Origin: Betaproteobacteria bacterium
Lineage (GTDB): Bacteria; Pseudomonadota; Gammaproteobacteria; Burkholderiales; Rhodocyclaceae
DNA length: 51,197 nt
Assembly: GCA_020047725.1 (NCBI GenBank)
Contig: JAIFNM010000047.1
Span: 1-51,197, forward strand
Direction of reading: 5' to 3'
In this document: positions 10,379 to 18,785 of the stretch, piece by piece
Layout of the letters: every line of letters starts with the position of its first letter
Position numbering within the stretch: the first letter of the stretch is position 1
Translations under genes and position numbers: made by a program
The notes under the pieces: model-generated
Told to the model about the DNA's origin: nothing
Databases searched by the model: none
Seen by the model: the letters and a program-made list of their open reading frames with translations, nothing else

Positions 10379-10745
10379 GCTGCTGCAGTGTTTTTCAACA
10401 TGATTTGGGCCTGAAGGTGGTGTCGTTTTTCCAGCGAGGGATGAGTATGAGCGAGGGTAAATGGATCGAACGATCGGCGCATGGTGATCGAAATGAACGA
10501 GAAGAATCTGGTCACGCTAGACCATCCTGCGGACCGTGAATTCGCTTCCGGTTGCTCTCCGCCCCACCTCGCGGTGACGCAGTTATACTCCTGTAAGGTT
10601 TAGCCAGATGGTATGACATTTATTTCAGCACACAAATATCCGAAGTTATTGCCCCGACGACGGCCGGAATCTATGAGATGAATCGAGGCCAGCACTGGAT
10701 ACGGTTCTTCGCAGACATGAAGGAAATTACCTCCTTAATCGGGCC

Positions 10746-10947
10746 GAAGCAATAGCCTCGTTCCCCGTCGCCCAACAAACTCTAAACCGGCATTTCGCCT
10801 CATATAATCGCCATGATCCGCATTCAACCCTTGACGGGAAGCCCTCCGATACGGCTTACTTCAACCTCAGCAAACGGTTGCTTAAAATCCGGCGGAGATA
10901 TCCCTTAAGAAATCCGAGATTCTGTCCAACTTCGTGGGACTACCTCT
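10746..10947 (+). mobile_element. IS3 family 3' remnant (transposase C-terminus plus right inverted repeat)
   Basis: Translation AIASFPVAQQTLNRHFASYNRHDPHSTLDGKPSDTAYF matches the IS3 YN..RPHSSLDG..P...YF tail; followed by IR-like CTGTCCAACTTCGTGGGACTACCTCT. Confidence 0.65.
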
Positions 10948-11070
10948 GTTTTGTATGGGAGACCTCCTTGAAGTACCCATGCAACTTCGGCAGCTGCCGA
11001 TCAATAGAACTTAATCGCGAAAGCCGACTACTGAAGTACGGTTTGATGGGTTAACGTAGAGTACACACTG

Positions 11071-12096
11071 ATGTCAAAAGCTAAACCAACCATGAAAAGC
11101 ATCGCCGAAGAACTCGGTGTTTCTCGGTCCACAGTATCGTTTGTTCTTGGTGGAGAAGCAGAACGGCGTCGCATCAATTCAGAGACCGCTCAACGAATTC
11201 TCCAGCGGGCGAAGGAACTAGGCTTTAGACCTAACTATTTTGCTCAAGCACTCAATAATCGGAAAACCGGCGCTATCGGGCTAGTGTTCCCCGACGTGCA
11301 TGAAATCTACATGTCACAAATGTTACGAGGTATTGACGAGGTTTTTGCCGATCACGACGCCACAATGGTACTTTCCTCGAGCCGGATGGACCGCGTTCTG
11401 GAGAAGAGAAATATCGAGTCCCTCCTTTATCGGGGAATTGACGGATTGATTATTGTTCCCTGTGCCGATTTCAATTCGCGGCCGACTGAAGTGCCTGAAC
11501 TTGCCATTTTGCTTAAAGAAAAACATATCCCGGTGGTTTGTGCCGATAGAATCCCGAACGGATGGCTCGGCAACTCAGTGGTGCAGGATGATCGAACCAA
11601 CGCTCAATTGGCAGTTGAATTGCTTATTGATCAAGGAGCGGAACGAGTGGCCTGCGTGTCCTTTGACTTAAATGCTTCCAGCATTCGTGGCCGTATCGCT
11701 GGTTATCAGGACGCATTGAAAACGCGGCGGCGTAGCGCTGATCCACGATGGTTGGTTCTACTCGACCGGGTTGATGCGAAAAGTCAGGATCTTTCGGATA
11801 GATTGAAGGCTCTTTTATCCTTGCCTGTTAATGAGCGCCCGGATGCTTGGTTCGTTACTACGGAGGGGCTTTCGTACCGAACACGTGATCTGCTTCTCCG
11901 CCAGTCGCCTTTGGGCAATCATCCCCTGCCTATAGCACGCTTCGGTGCCGATCCCTCGCATTACTCCAGCGGGATGATATCTGTCTATCAACCACATGTC
12001 GAAATAGGCAGGCTTTCTGCGGAATTGCTTTTCAAGCAAATGCACGATCAGAACCTTTGTTCAACGCAGATCGTGGTGGCCAGTTCGAAGGTTTAA
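11071..12096 (+). CDS. LacI family transcriptional regulator
   Basis: TMKSIAEELGVSRSTVSFVL HTH, LGFRPNYFAQAL hinge, IGLVFPD, GIDGLII. Confidence 0.93.
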   Translation: MSKAKPTMKSIAEELGVSRSTVSFVLGGEAERRRINSETAQRILQRAKELGFRPNYFAQALNNRKTGAIGLVFPDVHEIYMSQMLRGIDEVFADHDATMVLSSSRMDRVLEKRNIESLLYRGIDGLIIVPCADFNSRPTEVPELAILLKEKHIPVVCADRIPNGWLGNSVVQDDRTNAQLAVELLIDQGAERVACVSFDLNASSIRGRIAGYQDALKTRRRSADPRWLVLLDRVDAKSQDLSDRLKALLSLPVNERPDAWFVTTEGLSYRTRDLLLRQSPLGNHPLPIARFGADPSHYSSGMISVYQPHVEIGRLSAELLFKQMHDQNLCSTQIVVASSKV

Positions 12097-12202
12097 TGAC
12101 CGGAAATTTTTCGCTAAGGAAACCAAGATCCGCTTCGTCTAAAAATCCTTGCGAAAGAACCCTTTTACCCATCGGTCCGCTATTCCTCCTCCATTCACAA
12201 AT

Positions 12203-13207
12203 TCAACTTGCTTTAGCTTTTTGCATACTTTGAAGCTGAATCGTATTGAACAGAACGGCCAGTAGAATGAGCATTCCTCGAGCGATGTATTTTTCGAAAT
12301 CGCCGACGCCAAAGAGTGTCATTCCGTTGTTGATTACTCCTAAAAAAATAATGCCAATCATGGTGCCCCAAACCTTGCCAATACCCCCGAACAAGCTTGT
12401 TCCGCCGATAATCACTGCGGCGATGACATCCATTTCGTAGCCTCGGCCGAAGGTCGATGATCCGGACATAACCTGGGCCGAAAGAATGATTCCTGAAAAT
12501 GCTGCCAGAACTTGAACTGTCATCAGGATGACTATTTTTACTTTTGCCACATCAATCCCCGAAAGACGCGCTGCTTCCGGGTTCCCACCAACGGCATACA
12601 CCTGACGACCGAACTTCGTCATGTTCATGATGACGAAAACAACGGCGAAGGTGATGAGAAGCCAAACGGCTGGAACGGGAAAAAATCCAAATAGCTGTCC
12701 CGCACCAATCCAGTTGTACCAATCCGGAAGAGTTGTTACTGGGAAGCCCTTGGACAACAAGGCCGCAGCTCCGTAAAGAACGTTGAGCATGGCAAGGGTA
12801 ATGATGAAAGTTGGAATGTTGTACTTGGTTCGCAAGAAGCCATTGATCAGTCCGACAACAGCCCCCATTAGAAGGGAGCATGCCATCCCCACCAGAACGG
12901 CCGTTTCCATTGGCAATATGCCCCGGCTATTCAACGCTCCGGTAACTGTCGCAGTCAGTACCGCAGACAATGCGATGGAAGACCCTACCGAGAGATCGAT
13001 TTCACCTCCGATGATGACCATCGTCATCCCAAAGGAAATAACCCCGGCCAAGGCGACGTTTCGGAAGATGTTTAGAATGTTTCCAGTCGTGAAGAACCCC
13101 GGCGCAGTCAGCATCAACGCCAGAACAATGCATCCGAGGATGATCTCCATCATGTATTTTTTTGAAAACTGCGACCAATTGAACGCTTTGCGTTGTTGGG
13201 TATTCAT
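12203..13207 (-). CDS. Monosaccharide ABC transporter permease (RbsC-like)
   Basis: GEIDLSVGS, FGRQVYAVGGNPEAARLSGI, YEMDVIAAVIIGGTSLFGG; multiple TM segments. Confidence 0.94.
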   Translation of the reverse strand: MNTQQRKAFNWSQFSKKYMMEIILGCIVLALMLTAPGFFTTGNILNIFRNVALAGVISFGMTMVIIGGEIDLSVGSSIALSAVLTATVTGALNSRGILPMETAVLVGMACSLLMGAVVGLINGFLRTKYNIPTFIITLAMLNVLYGAAALLSKGFPVTTLPDWYNWIGAGQLFGFFPVPAVWLLITFAVVFVIMNMTKFGRQVYAVGGNPEAARLSGIDVAKVKIVILMTVQVLAAFSGIILSAQVMSGSSTFGRGYEMDVIAAVIIGGTSLFGGIGKVWGTMIGIIFLGVINNGMTLFGVGDFEKYIARGMLILLAVLFNTIQLQSMQKAKAS

Positions 13208-14688
13208 TTTTCACTTCCAATGCAATGTGAGTAGAGTTCTTCAATAGTGGTGTCTTCGGGACAAATCACATCTACGAATTCTCCCTGCCGCATGATGATG
13301 ATTCGGTGGCAGACTTCGAGTAGTTCTTCGAGCTCTGACGAAACCACAACAGAGGACACGCCCTTGCGTGACTGGTCCCAAATGATCTGGAAAATCTGCT
13401 GCTTGGCATTGACATCAATACCGCGCGAGGGCTCGTCGAGAAAAATGACTTTGGGACCAATATTGAGCCACTTGCCAACAACCACCTTCTGCTGGTTGCC
13501 CCCTGACAAGCTGGTCATCGGCATATCCGTCCCGGGTGTCTTGATGTGGAGTGCATCAACCTGTCGGTCGGCATAGCGCTGTTCGAGCTTCGTGTCCACA
13601 AAGCCGGTCGGAGCAAGCAGGTCCAAACTCGCGTGACACAGATTTTCCTTGATGGACAGTATCTGAACCAATCCCTGCGACTTGCGATCCTCCGGCGTCA
13701 GCGCCAGCCCAAGCTGGCTCATGATCCTTGGATTTGGCTTGTCAATGACCTTTCCATCCAGAACAATACTTCCTTCATCAGCCTGATCGGCGCCAAAGAT
13801 GGCCCTCAGTAGTTCAGTCCGGCCAGAGCCGAGCATTCCGGCAATTCCAAGGACTTCGCCTTTTTTAAGGGTAAATGAAACATTCCTGAACCACGGCTTT
13901 CTGGTTAGGTTTTTGACCTCAAGAACTGTTTCATCTGAAACGATCAGATCTGCGGGTCGATTCTTGATCGTGACATCCCCGAACATGAGCTTGAGGATGT
14001 CTTTGGGCTGCGCATCAGCCATGTCGATTTTTCCGGTCAATCGGCCATCCAGTAAAACCGTACTGGTATCGGCGATCTCCCATAGTTCCTGCAAGCGATG
14101 CGTGATGTAGATGATGATCACGTCTTTCGTTTTAAGCTCACGAATAAGCCGGAATAGCATCTGGGTTTCATGCTGCGCCAACGCGGATGTCGGCTCATCG
14201 AGGAAGATGACCCTGGGGCGACAACTCATGGCCTTTGCAATTTCAACGACCTGACACTGCCATACGCTCAGATTGACAACCAGTTCCCTGACCGGCATGT
14301 CAATACCCATCTCATCCAGCAGAGACTGAGCTTTGGCGTAGGTTTTTTTCCAGTCAACAAACGGGCCGTTGGTTTCATAACGGCCGATCAGGATGTTTTC
14401 GGCCACCGAGAGCCCTGGAATCAAACTCATTTCCTGATAGACCGTCGCTATTCCCTGATCGAATGCATCCTGAGGACCACCAAATTCAAGCGGAACTCCA
14501 TCGAGTTCAATGACCCCAGAATCCGCCTGATACGCCCCATTGATAACTTTGACCAGCGTCGATTTTCCCGATCCGTTCTTTCCAAGCAGCGCATTAACCT
14601 TTCCGCTTTCGAACGTGATTGAAACATCGTCCAGAGCCCTCGTTCCCGGGAAATTCTTGATAATGTTTCGGACGGTGAGACTGCTCAT
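13204..14688 (-). CDS. Monosaccharide ABC transporter ATP-binding protein (RbsA-like, two ABC domains)
   Basis: GKNGSGKST Walker A, LDEPTS, LSGGNQQKV, LDEPSRGID. Confidence 0.95.
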   Translation of the reverse strand: MSSLTVRNIIKNFPGTRALDDVSITFESGKVNALLGKNGSGKSTLVKVINGAYQADSGVIELDGVPLEFGGPQDAFDQGIATVYQEMSLIPGLSVAENILIGRYETNGPFVDWKKTYAKAQSLLDEMGIDMPVRELVVNLSVWQCQVVEIAKAMSCRPRVIFLDEPTSALAQHETQMLFRLIRELKTKDVIIIYITHRLQELWEIADTSTVLLDGRLTGKIDMADAQPKDILKLMFGDVTIKNRPADLIVSDETVLEVKNLTRKPWFRNVSFTLKKGEVLGIAGMLGSGRTELLRAIFGADQADEGSIVLDGKVIDKPNPRIMSQLGLALTPEDRKSQGLVQILSIKENLCHASLDLLAPTGFVDTKLEQRYADRQVDALHIKTPGTDMPMTSLSGGNQQKVVVGKWLNIGPKVIFLDEPSRGIDVNAKQQIFQIIWDQSRKGVSSVVVSSELEELLEVCHRIIIMRQGEFVDVICPEDTTIEELYSHCIGSEK

Positions 14689-14728
14689 GTGACCCAGCCC
14701 TCTAATAATTATTGATTTGATGATTCAG

Positions 14729-14763
14729 AAAAGACCCACGCTCGCAGATTTTGCGTGCGTGGG
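14729..14763 (-). terminator. Stem-loop/intrinsic terminator-like element between the binding-protein and ATPase genes
   Basis: Minus strand CCCACGCACGCA-AAATC-TGCGAGCGTGGG (one mismatch in the stem) followed by TCTTTT. Confidence 0.5.
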
Positions 14764-14776
14764 CTTAGATCGCGAC

Positions 14777-15757
14777 TTACTTTGATTTGCTCTTCAGGTC
14801 AGCCACAAAAGTTTCAAGGCCCTTCGGGTTGGAGCGATCCAACAAGATACCGGGGACGACCACAGACTTGCCCTTGGTCGCGCTGATATCCTCTCCCTTA
14901 ATCCCTTTAACGAGGGTTTCCATGGTTTTTTGCCCAATGGCATAGGGATCCTGTGCGATAGCGGCCTGCAGGATGTTTGAGCTGTCTTTGAGGAGCGATA
15001 CAATTTGATCGCTTCCATCAAAGCCGAAGACCACTATCTTCCCCGCTTTGCCGGCGTTCTTTACAGCCATAGCGGCGCCAATGGTTCCGCCTTCATTAGC
15101 CGCAAAGATGACGTTTAAAGCGTCTCCTTTGGATGTGATGATGTCTCCACCCACCGTGATAGCCTTATCCTGCATCCAAGCATCTTGATCGGCGACTACT
15201 TCAACACCAGGCATACTCTTCAATTGATCGAGAAAACCGCTTGACCGTGCAGAGGATTGTTCCGGCAGCAATGATTTAAACTGAAGAATTGCGATTTTGG
15301 CTTTTCCGTTGAGTTTATCTTTGATGTACTTTGACGCTGCCAACCCAACGGTTTTGCCGAGATCATAGTTGTCTGAGTTATAGGCACCTGTAATATATGG
15401 GGCATTGGCCGGGCTCATGTTTGAAATACCGATCTGCACACCTTTGGCAGCCGCGTCAGCGATGACTTTCATGGAGCCGGCTTCGCTGATCGGAGCAATC
15501 GCGACGCCCTTGTAGCCTTGGGTTACATAGGTGTTTAAGAATTCAGCCTCTTTGGCGGCGTCACCATTCGTGTTGCCTGGGTTAAAGTCGAACCCGGCTT
15601 TGACCGCAGCGTCTTTATAGCCAAGCTGAAGCAATTTCATGAACTGATCTTCCTGAAAGACGACGCCGGCGACCTTGGGTTTGGTTTGAGCAAATGCCCC
15701 AGCTCCAAGGGTTAGCATGACTGATGCTACGAGTAACGTTGAAACAATCTTCTTCAT
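14777..15757 (-). CDS. Sugar ABC transporter periplasmic substrate-binding protein
   Basis: Sec signal peptide MKKIVSTLLVASVMLTLGAGAFA; FAANEGG, VVFGFDG, QDPYAIG (RbsB fold); RBS AGGAGG. Confidence 0.93.
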   Translation of the reverse strand: MKKIVSTLLVASVMLTLGAGAFAQTKPKVAGVVFQEDQFMKLLQLGYKDAAVKAGFDFNPGNTNGDAAKEAEFLNTYVTQGYKGVAIAPISEAGSMKVIADAAAKGVQIGISNMSPANAPYITGAYNSDNYDLGKTVGLAASKYIKDKLNGKAKIAILQFKSLLPEQSSARSSGFLDQLKSMPGVEVVADQDAWMQDKAITVGGDIITSKGDALNVIFAANEGGTIGAAMAVKNAGKAGKIVVFGFDGSDQIVSLLKDSSNILQAAIAQDPYAIGQKTMETLVKGIKGEDISATKGKSVVVPGILLDRSNPKGLETFVADLKSKSK

Positions 15758-16098
15758 CTGAGCCTCCTGAAAACAAGGTGAACGTCCATTAAGCGTCGTA
15801 ATCGATTCGCACGCTGAACACCTTCAATCAATATGCAGCTGGACGGCGCTGCCCCGTTATTTCGTCTTTTCTGTTGTTCTGCGGTGTGTCGTTTCGTTGC
15901 ACATACCCGTACTATCGTCGGCGATGTCTTTAGTCCCTAAGCTGTTAATTGACCCAAAGCCCCTTTGGCAAGAATTTTGTCGTGACCAGTGCACAATTCG
16001 CCCACAAAGTTCTTTGACTTGGACTAAGAAGCACTCGTTTTAAGGGCAACATAAGACAGATTTGAGCGCAAAGAATGACGATTTTTCAGGCATACTGC

Positions 16099-16124
16099 CA
16101 AAAGCTAACCTAGGTGAGCTTTTG
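16099..16124. promoter_or_regulatory. Second copy of the palindromic operator
   Basis: CAAAAGCTAACCTAGGTGAGCTTTTG, 25/26 identical to the core of the 10314 site. Confidence 0.75.
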
Positions 16125-16132
16125 AGTTGAGA

Positions 16133-16161
16133 ACAATATAATGAGCCATTGATTGTGTCAA
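16133..16161 (-). promoter_or_regulatory. Sigma70-type promoter for the ABC transporter operon
   Basis: Minus strand TTGACA (16161-16156), 17 bp spacer, TATTGT (16138-16133), operator just downstream. Confidence 0.6.
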
Positions 16162-17084
16162 TACTATAGTGGCCCGTTACAAAACAAACGAACTACCCTT
16201 ATAGAAAACCACGGAGTTTTTCGCGATGGACGATAGAAGAGAGTTCCCCACAAATCCTTGAAGAACAAAACCTTTTAGTTCCTTGGACTTAGCACTTAAG
16301 TAAGTGACATTCGCGTCTAGAATTTTAGCTATGAGTCAAAATGGGAGGCCGTTCACCGTCACCCGAGCAGTTCAGCGGATCGCATGCAACCCGAGCTCCC
16401 CAGGGGTTTGCACCGGGAAGCAGGCAGCCACGAATCTGCGCACTTCTTTGAAAGCGAAGCCGCACCAAGGTTCTTCTGGGGCGGTATAGCCGAAAAGGCG
16501 AAAGCAGACCATCGCTGATCGCTTGATACTGATGGGTGATTGGCACGATTCGTTCACAGCCATGACTTTAGGAATCGGATGCGATTTACCGACTGCTGTC
16601 AGTAAAAGATGAAGCAAATTTGAAATGGCGATCCACGCCACCATAGGATCCTTTACTCTCTTGACTCGCGCCGGCTAATGGGTGACCGCATTACTATCTT
16701 GACTCAGCAAGTCAATTAAGTTGAATATTCGATTTGGACTTGCCAAGTTATTGACTTGCCTCAAGGATCCGCCGCACTTCTAGCCGAACGTTCTGATGTA
16801 AATTCCGACTTACAGGAGATGATCATGCCCGACTCTATCAATGTTCCCATATTTTGCTCGGTATTCACCCGCCTACAACGACTGGCCATTCCTCTCGTTG
16901 ACGACACCAATTCGGTTATTGAGAGGCTTATTGACCACTGGGAGAGCAATCCACCAGAAAAGGCAAACGACATCTCGCAAGATAAATTTCCTGGTGATTG
17001 CCAACCGAACAATTACCTTTAGTCAGCTGAGCCCTCCAATCTCTATGCGCTTGTTCATGCCTACCTTTGTGGCGCGAGTCTGTA

Positions 17085-17455
17085 AATGCGTTACACCGGT
17101 TGAGAGGCATAACGATGGCTGAGGACCATCAGCATGTCTTCGCTTGTCGTCACCGCCAGTTGCTGACCCGTGATGGCTCGCATACATCCTGCAGAAGCAT
17201 GAGGCGGCAATTACGCGAGACCGCCCCACAATCGGATGCGAAAATATTGTTCCTCATGTGATGCGCTTTAGTTGCGCTTTGGCGCTGTTAAAGTCGGAGA
17301 CTGACGTGGCAGTGATCCATGGCTATCTTGGGCACACGGGCGTCGCCACAGCTGACCGATCGAACGCGACGATCAAGAGGTTATAACGCGAAGCATTGCA
17401 GTCGTTCTAGATGCACTTAGGTATCAGAACTGCACATGCTAAACCGAGGAAACCG
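17085..17455 (+). pseudogene. Tyrosine recombinase/integrase C-terminal remnant (RIT-like)
   Basis: LLTRDG-(frameshift)-AYILQKH...IVPHVMRFSCALALLKSETDVAVIHGYLGHTGVATADR; decayed HxxR and LGH motifs, catalytic Tyr lost, internal stops. Confidence 0.7.
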
Positions 17456-17845
17456 GACCAGTTCTTGCTTGCCGTCGGGCGTCACGCCGATGATCACCAG
17501 CAGGCATTGCCGCGCATCCTTTTCCTGGCGCAGACCGGTATGGATGCCGTCGGCCCACCAATACACGTAACGACTCGCCGCCATATCTCGTTTCATCCAG
17601 GCATCGTGCTCGGTCGCCCATTCGCTTTTTAGCCGGGAAACAACGTTCGGGCTCAGCCCTTTCGCCTGATCGCCAACCAATACTGTCAAGGCGTCGCGCA
17701 TATCACCCGTGGAAAGCCCTTTCAGGTACAGCCGCGACAGCGCCGCCGATATACGCTGTAAGCGGCGAACGAACGTCGGCACCAGCGTCGAGTTGAATTT
17801 GACGCCGCCCCCAGAGCGGTCACGCACCTTTGGTATCCGACGTTT
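17455..17845 (-). mobile_element. IS256 family transposase internal fragment
   Basis: PKVRDRSG, LYLKGLSTGDM, GLSPNVVSRLK, YVYWWADG, CLLVIIGVTPDGKQEL; both ends missing. Confidence 0.85.
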
Positions 17846-18330
17846 CAAGCGCTACATCGTCCGGGATGTCCAGCATGTTGATGGCCGCGATACCGGGATA
17901 GGCGTTTTCTGAATCGCTAAAATAGTTGTCCGGACTGTATAACAGTGGGGAGTGCCAACATGTTCGGTAACCGAGTTCGCGCATCAAGCAAATCAAGGGT
18001 GGCGAAAGGTCCGGGCGGTCGTTCTCAACATAAAGGAAGGAAAGGTCGCGGCCAATGATTTCCCAAGCACCGGCCAGTACCGAACATTCGATACCTTCGA
18101 CATCAGCCTTGATCGGTCGCAGGCTGAGATTGTTGGTCTGTTCGCGCAAAAACTGGTCAAAGCTGACGAGACTTGCCGGGGTGCCCTCCGTCCCGGACAT
18201 CAGACTCACGCCACCGAAATTCCCGCCCTGCTTCGTCGAGTGCAATGGCCGCTTTCCAGGCAGTTATGGCGTCCTCGGGTTGGGCTTGCTTTCCGTACAA
18301 ATCACCCAGATCGATCCACGCTGATGAAGA
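17846..18330 (-). pseudogene. Fragments of an FkbM-family methyltransferase and a TPR repeat
   Basis: GNFGGVSL, IKADVEG.E..VLAGA, LYVENDR, NYF..SENAYP..AINML (FkbM C-half); adjacent frame AWIDLGDLYGKQAQPEDAITAWKAAIALD (TPR). Confidence 0.6.
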
Positions 18331-18785
18331 GGAGTGCCTACCGAGCTTCATAGTCATAATGTCCAAACACCACGCAAAGAATTCGATAGTGTCCGCTCGG
18401 AATACCAACGCCAGATTCCTGAAAAAACGCTGACCAGTCTCGATTGTTATGTAACCTGCGTTGTCGGCCCAAACGATGAAACAGTAGCTATTGACCTTCC
18501 GACTCTTCGGATTCCGATCGAGTTCGGCGAATTCAACACCAGCCTCAACGCTTTTCCTGACATTTCTGACGCCTATACGCAATCGCCGTAAGCCTCCAAC
18601 CACCCCATCTGTACTCGTCGGTTAAAGCGATGCAGTCTTTGATTCTTTTCGACGGTTCATGCGGAGAAGAGACGGGGAGCAGAGTTTTCTCGGAATGCAC
18701 TGCTCCACGAAGCAGTATTCATGCTCGTCTCGGGGCGGGCAGTGAGAAGCGGAAAAGATCGCTCCAAACGGCCCTCATTCCGTGC

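Noticed and set aside
16304-16644. Overlapping short ORFs and a small palindrome (CACTTA-AG-TAAGTG at about 16293)
   Set aside because: No recognisable family; the short palindrome could be chance
18660-18735. Imperfect nested inverted repeats downstream of the lyase
   Set aside because: Long loop and no clear U-tract; cannot call a terminator
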